A stretch of DNA of 64,000 nucleotides from Adineta vaga. Its lineage: Eukaryota; Animalia; Rotifera. A program made the position numbers and the translations under genes. The stretch covers positions 6,634,001-6,698,000 of the forward strand of contig CP075494.1 in NCBI GenBank assembly GCA_021613535.1, given 5' to 3'. Below, piece after piece: positions 42,750 to 56,093 of the stretch. The notes beneath the pieces are model-generated. The model did no database searches. It was not told where the DNA came from and saw nothing but the letters and a program-made list of their open reading frames with translations. How positions within the stretch are numbered: position 1 is the stretch's first letter; every line of letters begins with the position of its first letter.

Positions 42750-45700
42750 TCGTCTAGATCATCTACATTTAATAATATTCGATCTGAAGTAAAAAATAAT
42801 CGCAATAGGAGAATATTTTTTAGATTTTTCTTAATATTTTTTATTCATGTCAAGCAAGTAAAAGTATACACATTCGTGACACGTCCATGTACGTACACCA
42901 TGGGAAGAGAAGGAGGAGAAAAATGTCAAAAAAGAACAAATAATAGGTTGGCTCTCTGTCTCTCCTCTCCTCTCTCTTACGTTCAATCTGCCGTCCGATA
43001 GTACGCTCTCGTTCTCACACACACACGCATACACACACTCTATTCTTCCATTCATCGTACTCGTTTGCCAAACACATCCAACAACTGTTCAAACTGAGAA
43101 GAGAACGAGGAAAAGAAGAAGAAGAAGAAGAAGATGATGATGATGATGGAGAACGAACGTATATGTGCACGAGTGCGTTGAACATCATTCATGCTTCGAG
43201 CAAGTCACACGAACAGTAAAAAAGAAAAAGTAGCAGCTTTGCCGGTCTACTATCACGTGAAAGGCGAACTAGAATAATAACAACAATAACAGATGCGTAA
43301 AAAACAACATTTCTACTATAGCTCACTGTGCTCGTTCCCGTTTGCACACTGAAATGTCTCTATTTTTTCTTTGGTTTTTCTCTTTTATCGTTCTTGTCGC
43401 TTCTTTCTTTACCCAGACAAAGAACCGATAGTGTAGTACCGAACGTGAAAGAGCAAAAGATGGAAAACATTTTGCTTCTTCTTTTTCTTCTTCGTCTTCT
43501 TGTTCTTGTTCTTCTTCTTCTTCTTCTCCATTCTCATCATGAAGCTTCTTTTTTTCTAGAGTAGCAGAAGCAGTACTACTGACACTCCTGCAGTATAATC
43601 AAATGAAACAAAGAAAAGAAGAAGAAGAGAAAAAAGAAAGGCAGAAAGAAAGAAAAAATCCATACTAGCACACCATAGTAAAACAGGCATCATTGTATAT
43701 AGTTTCATTTTTTTTAAATGAATAGATGTATCAAGGTGTGAAAAGTCTAGTGTTGGATGACTGACTAGCTGTTTTACAGCAAAGAAGAAAAAAAGAAAGA
43801 AAGAAAGAGTTTCTTTTCTTTAATAACATGTTCATTTCCGAATATGCATCTTACGCTTGTGTTCGCAATGCATGCATGCATGAAACGACAATGAGATACC
43901 GACATACTCCCTAAGGTGTGTAGCAGAAAACGGGAGAAAGAAATATAGTGAGCATAGTTGACCAAGCAAGAGCACTTTGTCGATATATATATATCATGAT
44001 TCAAACATAGAAGAAAAAAAACGGAGGAAAAAACGTTCCCCTCAAGGGACAAGACAACTACGACAATGGAGTCGACTTGTTCAAGTATCAGATATAGTGG
44101 ACAAGAAAAGTAGATGAAGTAGGCGTCATCGAACAATGTGATGAATTAGAAGTTAAAATTAATATACAAACATTATTTGATACATCCTATATATAGAAAC
44201 AAGACGATGATCATCATCATCTTGTGAAATATCTATCCATCCATCCATCTATCTATCTACGTTATGAGAACGAGTAGAAGAAATCCGATACGATTACTTG
44301 TATGTAAACAGAACGATAGATAATGTTGCGGTACTAGTCTGACCTGTTCTGTCAAGAATATAACTTTTTTTCGTCTTCTTTCTCTTCTATGAATGAATAT
44401 GAAAAAAAACTTATGTGCACATATATACATATATATACATATATTTGTTCTCATTTAGACTTTTTTCTCCCTGTCTTTTCATTCATACATTCATAAACAA
44501 GAAAGAAATTGTCTCTCACCCAACGAATAAACAGCAACGTAGTTCAAACAATGTTGATGACAGAAGAAGAAAAAAAAACTGCCTTACACACATACACACA
44601 TACGTACACGGACAGAAAAAAAAGGAAAAAAAAGAAGAAGAAAAAAGGGTGATGTGTTAATAATACGTAGAATTTTTTGCTGCCACGGTGTGTTCGTTTC
44701 AACAAAAGAATAAGAGAAGAGATCGAGAAGGAGTTGAGAGCATATGAGAAAAGAAAAGAAAAAGAAAGCAAGAGAGAGACCTATTACATCGAGAAGAAAA
44801 CAAACAGGCAGCATGCCACTATTTGTCAAAGCTCGCGTAATAAAAGCGACATATTAAAATGTAAAGTAAAAAGAAAACATCAGAAACTAATAACTCAATT
44901 TTTGTCTTCAGAATTTTCTGTTCAATACTTTGTGATCTATTTGACTGTTTCCAACTACAGCGATTGACTAGTGTTGTTTTTCTTTTCTTAAAATCTTTAC
45001 ATCAATACTCACTGTTCAGAGTTATCATTATCATCGTCGCGTAATGTATTTTCTTCGAGAAAACGAGAAGAAGAAGAACAAGAACAAGAAGAGAAGGCAG
45101 TAACGACCAGGACGACGACGACAGAAGAGCAGAAGAAGAGAAAAGAGACACCTTCTTCATATGTATTATGCTTCACTGATTTCGAACAAATGACGTCGAT
45201 AGGTAGACATGCAGAGACGTATAGTCAAATGACACTGGTAAAAAGTTACTGTCAATACTTTTAATATTATTCTGGTTTTTCAGTATTGATATAGTAATAT
45301 TAAATAAATCATTATTGACTCGAAAGAGATCGAATGCGTTTCTAATTCTAATAAGAAACTATCTGTATATTAATTTGCAATAGATTATGAACAAAAGAAG
45401 AAGCTAAGACAAGTTTATTGACTTTTCTTTTAATAAGAGAACTGATGACGCCAACAACCTTGAGGGATAGAGAGCGAGACCACGCATTTCCACTCTGCAC
45501 ACTTGACTCTTCCTTTTTTTTCTCATGAGAATAGTTCGATGCGAATGATAGGGTCTTGAACTTATCATCTCTCGTTTCTTCTCTTTTCTCATCTTCTTTT
45601 TTTAGTGACATGATTTTTCTGTGACGACAGACAGTTTTCTTTTTTTTTCTTCTCGTCCCATTTTCTTTAAGCGCCCACTTACGCTTCTCTACCATTATTC

Positions 45701-46552
45701 TCTTCTTTCCTTTTTTTTCGCTTACATTTGATTTCTACAGGTTATATTTTTCACAGTTAAATCCAGCAAAAAAATATTATTAAACTGATCGAAATCGTAA
45801 AAAAACAATATCATCGACAATAAAAATGACATGTAATAGATCTATGAAAGAAGAAAAAAAAACATTTATACACTTAATAGACAAGCAATTCGTTTATTAA
45901 TCAACCGACCATGACACTTGTTTGAATATAAAATATATATGTTAAAGAGTAATAAACAAGAAGACAATCATACATATATTTTCATTATAAAGAAAAATAA
46001 CTTACAAAATCTTTCGTCTAATCGATTAAATTTCACTTATTCATAAATATGACATTATCTTCATAATGTATCTCGTATAATCTAAACGAGCTTTTAAGTA
46101 TCTCTAATAAAATAATGGCAAATATTAATTAGTTGCGACAGATGATTGTAATCTAATATACAAATATCTCTATTAACATTATCGGTACATATGTGCAGTT
46201 TGTTTGTCTTAGTTAATTTATTTCAATCATCGATAAGCAAAAAATTGAAAATATTCATATACGTCGTACGAACATACTCGTAACTAGTAGAAATACTTGA
46301 AATAACGAGATTCTTTAAACTGAATGTATGTACTCCTGTAGAGTTTCAAGGTTGAACGTGCTTTTGAGACTATTATTCGTTGTCTTTGATTTAAACAAAT
46401 GTAACGTATAGGAAGCGAAAGAGGAGCTTGAAAAAATTTCTTACACGTACGAAATCTATTTAGTTTCAATATTATAGATAATAAATTTCCTAAAACTACA
46501 TTCAGATATCATTTTTGCTTGATTAATATAAAGCCTTAACAATCAAATGCGT

Positions 46553-46584
46553 CACTCACTCACTCACTCACTCACTCACTCACT
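46553..46584. repeat. (CACT)8 tetranucleotide microsatellite
   Basis: Read directly from the sequence. Confidence 0.9.
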
Positions 46585-47428
46585 CAAAGTCAGTCATTCT
46601 TGTAATGAACTCAGTAGGAACACACATGGAAAAGGCTTCATTAAAACTACAAAGATTTCAGTTTTTTTCAAACCAACATTTTCACTTACTTGTGCTAAAG
46701 GTAAAGTATGTTTCCAAAATGCAAATACTGATTCGTTTGTCAAATATAACAATTTGTTTTTTATTGTTGATATTCTTCTTCTGATTCTGAATCTTAAAAC
46801 ATGAACAAAAGATTGTCTATATTATTGGTTCATAATAAACAATCAATCGAATCTAAAAATGAATACTAATGACATCTAGAGAATAAAATTTGCTTTTATT
46901 TTTATAAAAATAATATTTCTTTCTAGATAATAGATTTTCAAATTAAATTCAAGAAAAATAAGGATTAAATCAAAAGATATTACTAATTAATCATTGGCTA
47001 AAAATTTACCATAGGAAAAAATCAATTTTCTTTCGTCTATCGATCAGCATCAATATCAGGAGTCTTACGACATTGAAAAAAAAACAATCAAGTTTATATT
47101 TGACGCGCTGAAACTTTTTATTCATATTCCATGTACACAAATGATAATGACTTGTTTCTAAATATCAAAACATAAAAAAATATATATCGATTTTGTACGT
47201 AAATAGACGAATTCTCTCCTCGAAATAGCTGTCTTTTTGTTTAGACTGTGCAAAACTGCATAGTTTCTTGTCGATAGGGTAAGTCTATTTAAATAAATAT
47301 GTTAGTAACTCTACTGAAACATCAGTATGTACGGAAAAAAAGAACGATTTCGACTTTTTCAAGATGAAAATTAAATAAATAATTAATTCTATTCTTTCTT
47401 TTTTCTTCTTCTAGTAATTCATTAGACT

Positions 47429-50400
47429 ATGAATAAAGCATCCATCAAAGTAGACGATCCAAATAAAAGAATGCGTATTCGTCAATTCTTTGTATGTGTT
47501 AATTTATGTAAAATTTTCATTCTTATAATTCTTTATTTAGTCGTCTGTCGACGATCGCTATGTTAATGGTATTTGGACTACTTCATTGAAAACAGCGATA
47601 CAAGAGATTCAAAAAAAGAATAATAGTGGTTTAAGTTTTGAAGAACTCTATCGTAATGCATATACAATGGTGCTACATAAACATGGAGAAAAATTGTACA
47701 CAGGTACACGTGATGTTGTTACTGAACATCTTGTACAGAAAGTAAAAACGTTTTATGGATTATTTTCATTTTTTAATTGAGAAATTCAAATTTTTAGGTT
47801 CGACAAGATGTAGTTGATTCATTGAATAATAATTTTTTAATGACATTAAATTCTGCATGGAATGATCATCGAACAGCTATGGTTATGATACGTGATATTC
47901 TCATGTACATGGATCGAGTTTATGTTAGTAGTCAAAAACTTGAACCTGTATATAATTTGGGCTTGATTTTATTTCGTGATAATGTTGTTCGTTATGCACC
48001 TATACGTGATCATTTAAGACAAACATTACTTGATATGGTAGCAAAAGAAAGACGTGGAGAAGTTGTTGAAAAGTAAGTGAATCTTTCTTTCTTTTTCTCT
48101 TCCCATGACGAACATTTCGCTTTTTCTCTTATCTACATGTTTTATTTAACTAAAATAGCTTATAACAGAAAAGTATTGAAAAAATTAAAACTAGTGAGAA
48201 TTGTCCTTGATTCATTCGATTGTATTTACATTCAATTTCGACTTCACGCAATACTGGACATTTATTTTCTCCATATAAACTACTTAATTTTTCGGTCTTA
48301 TGCGCACATGTTCCATTTATAATACGAAATGCGCCAGCATCAACAATACTTCGTTGTATTTTACAATTGAAATTATAGAAATTTTTCGATTGTTCAGCAT
48401 AATAATTTTCAATAACAACAAGTATTAGATTTGTTTTAACTAACGGTGTTACATAATATTGTCCACTCATGCATGGTCCATTCACTTCACCAATAATTAA
48501 TTCTGACCATTTTAATTTCGATTCTTGTATTCTATATCGTACTTCATCCTGTATACAACCGTATTCATTTGCAAATTGTGGAATAGGTCCTTTATTTTTA
48601 TATTTATTATCTAATTCTTCAGGATTTGCTGGTATACCTTTTAATGTAACTCTTGCAGATGGTTTTGTTACATGACATGTTCCTTGAAATGTAATTGTTT
48701 CAACTCGCTGAAATAATTGATGTTTATAAATTAAATCAGCCATAACTTCTCCTTCTTTATGACCGAGTGTTAATTGATTGTAACGATTTTCATGTATCGA
48801 TGGTATATGAACAAAATCTGGATCAACAATTAAATAACCACCATGATCGACGAGATAACAACGCGTTGAACATTCTTTCGATTTATTTGATGGACAAGGA
48901 TATTTGGAATCACATGAACGACGACCATCGGATGCTACCATACGTTTCATAATTTCAGAATGAAACGAATCATATCGTATATCAGTACCTGTAACACCAA
49001 TAATACGTTCAGTTGCACAACGTAATTGTTTATGTTCAGGTCCAGGAGCTGCATTTTGATAACAATAACCAGATAAACATTCAGCGCCACTTGAACATGG
49101 ACACCCACCAGGAAATTTTCGTCCCGAAGAACGACCTTCTCTTGCTTTTTCCTGACATGTTTCATTTGATATCGATGGCATACCTTAATAGAAGAAAGAA
49201 AAATGATAAATTTAACTATTTCTAATCTATCTATCTATCTTACCTTCAAACAGAACTTGAGCAATTGTAATCACTTTTCCACCTCCACTTATATCTAAAT
49301 ATGGTAATGATGCTGTCGTTCGATCTTGAAGTGCAACAGCTCGTTTATACCATCCACGTGTTGTATGATCATAATCTCGCACTGATCGATGTGCTGGATA
49401 TGTTCGAAAAACCCCAGTTCTCATACCAACATATGTCCAAATAATATCTTTTGTTAATTCAGGTGATCGTGCTCGCCAAACTCGTTCAATTGGTTGAGAT
49501 ATTAATACATAAGCACGAGTATTTTCATGAAAAATAGCTTTCTTTTCGTCACAACCTTGATCATTTTCACTTGGATCTCCACGTTGATTTATATAGATAT
49601 GTGCATTAATTGTTTTTTGTGCTAAATCATCATTATAAAAATATTCACTTGGATCACAATAGACACGAGGTGCAAGCATTATCGATGAATATAAATAGCT
49701 AACACGTACATCTTTATATTTTGGATCATTGATTTTTACTTGCATATGTTCGAATTTTCCTGGTAAAACTTCTCGAGCTCTACTACTATTATATTCAATA
49801 AGAAGATTAAAGAAACTTTCTTCATAAGTTGATAAATCTTTTGGTTGTCGAACTTCACGAAATTTCTCATCAGATGCACCTAGACTAAATGCAAATATAT
49901 AATCCGTATTTTCAATTGGAGCCCAGTTATATGTTCCAATACCTGAACAAAAAAAAACATTGAATAGAATAATTGAACTATTGAAAACTATTTTATACCA
50001 AATCCTCGTCGCATTGTTGATCGATATGCATTTGTTAATCGTGCAGAACCTTTTCTACCTTCAAGCATTGATGGTAGAATCTCCGTTAGAAATTCTTCAG
50101 GTTGATTATTTGACATTTCCAATTGTTTAATATGTGTAGAAATAGGATCTTCAATTGGAATTTTTGCTGATTTCAAACCTGGATGTATAATTGCATCACC
50201 ATCTTGTCGATTGATAAGAAAACCATAAACACTTCCCCAACTTTTACTTGTTATAACATGTTCAATATCATCTAATGTCACATCAACACCAGCAACACCT
50301 ATTAAACGTCCATCAATATTTGATGTAACTGGTATTGCATAAGTTAACATTATTCCTAGACCCCATTGGTCAATATATTGAGATGTCCAACTACCTGTCG

Positions 50401-53400
50401 TAGTTACGGACGCTTTTGATAAATAATCAAAATAATTAAACATTTTATTAATTAAATTTTCTCCATCATTTAAAATTGCAAAATGACCATCATTTTCACA
50501 GGCTATTTCAAATGAAAGTTATCGAAGAAGAGGAAATCATTAGATAGATTTGTCTTACCTAATTTTCCCGGAAATATTTGTCCATTATCTTTAACAAGAT
50601 AACTAAATATTCTTGCACGTTGATGAAATTGTTGTCGTTGTTTAACTTGTGTCCAATATCGTGTCCAATTATATTTACAAATTGGTCCTGGTACATAACC
50701 ACTTCGTGTATATTGTCCAGCACCACATCGTACTCTTTCACCATCGGTATCTTGTCCATCAGTAATGAAAACTAAAATCGATTGACAACCAGTTCTTGGT
50801 TCTCGTTGAAATAAATCAAATGCTGTATCGAATGCAGTTTCAAATTCTGATGTACCGCCTGGTTTTAATTCAGATAATTTCTCTTTTAAATCTCGTTTAT
50901 ATGCTAATGTTGCTTTAACCATCTTGTCTTGTTCACAACTCAATACTTTTGTTTTATAAATATGCCATTTACCAATATCATTCCAATGCGATTCATGTGC
51001 ACATATAACATTAACATAATCTTGTCGTGTTAAAGTATTGATAATAACTGTTGCAACAGATCTTGCAATAGCAAATTTACCATTTGATGCCATTGATTCA
51101 CTACAATCAATAATAATAATGACATCTTTTGGTCCACTCGTTGTACCAATATACCACGGACGAACACGTGGATCATAATCATTATAAAATCCCGCAAAAT
51201 TTTGATCCCATTCTCGACCAGGATATAAACGTATAAGACCAACTTTTGAACCAAAATATTGCCAACGTATGGCAGGATCTTTTTCTCGATTTTGTACGAA
51301 TGTTTTTTCAAGTCCATGTGTCCATTCAACAGTCCAAATTGATTCCACATTATTTCGAGGAATTTCATCACTAATTTTCACAACGCTATGTTCAAGACTT
51401 ACGCTGCGTTTAAAATGTGGATGAAATGTCATATTTTGTGGTAAACGTAATGGTATATCTGCATCTTTATATGTATCATTATCTACATGAAGTAATTGTT
51501 TATGTTGGGTTAAACCAAGTGATCCGTTGGATCTACGCCATAATGTATGACTAGTTGAATTGTTTGTTAAAGAATCTAAATAAGCTTTTTCACGTAGAAG
51601 ATACAATGAATCATGTAATTCTCGTGCATGCTTAGCAATCTCATTAGCAGCATCTTGTTTATTTCTGAAATATTTATCAAGTATCGGTTTCATTTCATCT
51701 AATAATTTATCGCCATATTTCGTTTCTTCTTTATATTCAGCTAAATCAAAATATTCTTGCGTTTTTTCTCGATGCATACTATCCGATGCTAATTTAAGAA
51801 TATAATTTTGAATTAATAAAGCCCAATTTTGAACATCACCAGTTAATGTTGCATGGACAGAACATTCATTTGTATAACAATATTGACCATTAATAGACTT
51901 AAATGTCAAAATCAGTAATAGAAAATAATGAAGAAATATTGTCATTCTCGGGCTTTTTTTTCTCATGCGTGAATATGTTCCCTATAGAAATAAGATTTAT
52001 GTGTTGAACGACGACGCTTGTTAACAAGCTTATTTTTTTCCGATCGTTTGTTCGAGAGGAAACAAAGAAAAAAGGAAAAGACAAACGGAGAAATGGAAAC
52101 GTCTTTTTTTTTGTGCTTTTTCCTTTTTTCTTTTTTCAATCGCTGTTGTCTCTTAACGCAATGATAGTTAATAGAATGAGACAAGGAAAGAAAACCAACA
52201 AGTGAACAATATGCATTGATGGGCACGTTTGATTGCAGAAAGAAATGCCTCCAAGCTAAACTATTGACTTGTACAACCGAAAAAAAATTCTAATATTATG
52301 TTTGTTTCTAGGAGTGCGGTGAAAAATGCCTGTCAGATGTTAATGAATCTAGGAATTGATAATCGTTCAGTTTATGCTGAAGATTTTGAAACACCATTTT
52401 TACAACAATCAGCAGAATTCTATCGTGTATGATCAAAAATATTCTTGGCTTTTTTCTCGAATTGAACTAAATTGTGGCCTTATCTTTTTTTTTGCAGCTT
52501 GAAAGTCAAAAATTATTAGCAGAAAATAGTGCATCTGTATATATACGAAAAGTAGCAGTACGTATCAATGAAGAAGCTGAACGTGCAGTACATTATCTCG
52601 ATAAATCAACTGAAGAACGAATCATTCGAGTATTAGAAGGTATATGAAATCAAAAAAGACAATAGAATTGTATTTGTCAATGTTTCTTTTGTCTGATTTA
52701 TTTAGAGGAATTAATTACAAAACATATAAAAACAATAGTTGAAATGGAAAATTCAGGCGTCTATCATATGCTCAAATTTAATAAATGCGATGATCTTGCC
52801 ACGATGTATAGATTATTTGAGCGTGTACCAAATGGACATTTAACAATCGCTGATTGTATGAGTAGCTATCTTCGTGAACAAGGACGTGCACTAGTCGCAG
52901 ATAATACAGATGATGGAAAAAATGCTATTACTTATGTTCAAGTAAGAAAACAATTTTTTGATCTTTAGGATATAAGTCTGATGATGAGAAATTTGCATTC
53001 ACAGTTTTTATCGATCGATCAATTGAATTGATATCTAATAATGACGAAATTGTATATTTTTTTTTAGAATTTACTCGATTTAAAAGATACATTTGATCAT
53101 TTTCTCAAAAATGCTTTCAACGAAGATAAAGTTTGTATTCATTTGTTTCTATAATATTCCATAATAATATTAGCGAACTTTTATATTTAGACATTTAAAA
53201 AACGAATCAATTCTGATTTTGAATTTTTCATTAATTTAAATCAACGTAGTCCAGAGTATTTATCATTATTTATAGATGATAAATTAAAAAAAGGTGCAAA
53301 AGATGTATGTAGATAAGTTTTCAATTTGATTTGAATTGATAATGATTTTCTTTTCCTTAGCTTGGTGATCAAGAAGTTGAAGTTGTATTAGATAAAGCAA

Positions 53401-54678
53401 TGATGCTATTTCGTTATTTAGAAGAAAAAGATGTTTTCGAACGATATTATAAACAACATTTAGCTAAACGTTTACTATTAAATAAATCGGCTTCGGATGA
53501 TGCTGAAAAAAATATGATATCAAGATTAAAAACTGAATGTGGTTGTCAATTTACATGTAAATTAGAAGGAATGTTCAAAGATATATCTCTATCAAATACA
53601 ACAGCTGAAGATTTTCGTTTGTATGTCGCACAAAAACAGGTGAGAAAGAAATGTTCTGTATCATCACTATGAATATGTCTTTCATTTGAAATAGATAAAT
53701 TTACATGGTATTGATCTCACTGTTCGAGTGTTAACAACAGGTTTTTGGCCAACACAAACAACACATAATCAATGTAATTTACCAACTATGGTTCGAGAAG
53801 CATATCAATGTTTTCATCAATTCTATTTGAATAAACATAATGGAAGACAATTAACATTACAACCGAGTTTAGGTTCAGTAGATTTAACGGCTATTTTCTA
53901 TGGGAAACCAAAAGATGATGATGGAGATGGAGAATCAAGACCCACTACGACGACTGTAACATCGACAAAAGAACGAAAACATACATTACAAGTATCAACA
54001 TATCAGATGGTAATATTGATGTTATTCAATACAAAAGTATCATGGTCATTTGAAGTAAATTAATGACATTTTTGTTTTTTCTTTATCTTTTATGTAATTT
54101 AAGGAAATGCATCAAGAAAGTGATATAAGTGAAAAAGATTTACATCGTGCATTATTACCATTATCAATGGGTAAAGCAAATCAACGAATATTTCTTAAAG
54201 AATCGAAAACCAAAGAAATACAATCATCAGATCGTTTTGTTGTGAATGATTCGTTTACATCGAAATTATTTCGTGTTAAAATCAATCCGATGACAGCGAA
54301 ACTTGAAAGTGATCCTGAACGACAAGAAACAAGAAATAAAGTTGATGATGATCGTAAGCATGTTATTGATGCTGCTCTTGTACGTATTATGAAAACAAGA
54401 AAAACAATGACACATACACAACTAATTTCTGAAGTATGTTTTCTGTTGACATATTTTGTTGCTTTATTTTATTTCAATCTCGTTGTTTTAGGTTATACAT
54501 CAACTAAAAGCAAGATTTATGCCTAGTCCTGTTTTTATAAAAAAACGAATTGAAAGTTTAATTGAACGAGATTATTTATCACGATCAATGGATGATAGGT
54601 AAATCAGAAAATATTCAATTTTCTATCTGATTGATTTTGTTTTTATTCTCTAGGAAAATGTATACTTATGTTGCTTAA
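47429..54678 (+). CDS. CUL3: Cullin-3 (13 coding exons; intron 3 = 48073-52311, 4239 nt)
   Basis: KRMRIRQF...[35 protein letters not shown]...[14 protein letters not shown]...[17 protein letters not shown]...[16 protein letters not shown]...VRIMKTRK (neddylation Lys)...YTYVA*. The frame is preserved across the large intron (GAA AA|G AGT). Confidence 0.96.
48150..51966 (-). CDS. alpha2delta/CACHD1-like VWA plus Cache-domain cell-surface protein (~1214 aa, 4 exons), nested antisense in a cullin-3 intron
   Basis: Exons 51966-50559, 50502-49999, 49942-49244 and 49183-48150 total 3645 nt in frame. Signal peptide; WQYFGS..G..RLYPG; YDPRVRPWY; [13 protein letters not shown] (MIDAS); FITDG; YIDQWGLG; second Cache module ([20 protein letters not shown]); hydrophobic C-terminus. 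Confidence 0.9.
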
Positions 54679-56093
54679 ACAAATCAATAAGTGCTCTTTT
54701 ATATGATATATTTTCTGTAATACATGAAATTTATTAATCTTTTTCTACTTGTCATTGTTCACAGAATTTTGTATCTTCTCAATTTCTCTCTTTCTTTTCT
54801 ATTATCATTACAATTTATGTTTTTCTCTATGAAATATATAAACTCGACTCAGATCTGTATAAATTGTGTATTTGTGTATGTATCTGTTTAAATTGATACT
54901 TTATAAATAATTAATATTTGAATGAATATAATTTTGTTGAGTGCACGAATTTTCCTTTGAATTCATGATCAAGGAATGTTCGTAGTCGACAAAAAAAATG
55001 GGAGGAAAACGATTTGGTCGATACGAATGAGTGCAGTGTTGATCAAAAAGTGATGTAGAAATACTTCCAAGACTGTAAGCAAGATGAAGACAAGATCTAT
55101 GATCAACAATTTGTGCATCAAGCAATGATGTAAATCTTAGATTGACAAATCAGTGAACCGATCAACTGATTACATAATCGATCAAGAAGATATAGCAAAT
55201 TATATTCATTTCAATGCTAATCTCTGCGTTACAATTATGAAAAGGGTATGAAATACTCAGTATGGTATTGATATATGTTTATTCACGAATGGATATGAAT
55301 TTTATAATGATAGTAAAAAATTTAATTTGAAAATCATAACAATCTAGATGTTTTATATAGAAAGTATATTCATTTCTTTTTACTTACTAACAATCCACTG
55401 AAAATATCAAATACAATTTCACATGACATTACTTTATTTGTTATTTCAACTTGATATTTACTAAGCTATATGTCAATGATGTTAATGTTTAAGATCTGGA
55501 ATCAATCCATTATCTCATTTATCTTTTTATTCAATGAGTATTTCTAAGAACTTTATTGATAATTTCTATAGAACTAATAAACAATGACATATCTTTCACC
55601 AATGAAGCATATTTTGTTTTGACTGGTTTGAAATATACTAGTAGTTCAAAAGATACTCTCTGATATCCTATCTGTATATCTATCTATTTTTCGTTCTTCT
55701 CTATGCATTATTTATAGATAGATACATCATTTACACAAACTGTATATTTCGATAAGTTTATTCTGAAATAATTATTGACCAATAGATGAAAAGCATAAAA
55801 AATCATACAATAATGACGTCGTTTTATATGTTCAAATTCTTAGAACTTCAGCACACATCGATAAAATAATATTCTTAATTACAGATTTTTGCATAATGAC
55901 GAAATAGTCATACTATAAACTTTTCTTACTTTTTTTCATATCAATGCTTTACTTCTGAAATATAGACAGAAATAATGCGTTGAATGTATAAGGTTAAATA
56001 TTCACCTTGCTTAATAAGTCAAGCGTGGTTACTGTATCTCTATTTCATAATAATGTAATAAACCGTACGTATGACACTTTTCCTTGATATCCA

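Noticed and set aside
42831-46804. Many 60-120 aa ORFs rich in K/R/E or F/L/S
   Set aside because: They arise from purine/pyrimidine tracts and microsatellites, with no domain motifs or coherent exon chains.
15587-51966. Functional clusters (neuronal: DPP6/10, Tdc, fuseless, alpha2delta-like; cell cycle: Myt1, Cul3, Cks1, Mps1-like)
   Set aside because: The genes are interspersed with unrelated ones and the categories are broad. This cannot be told from chance without synteny data.
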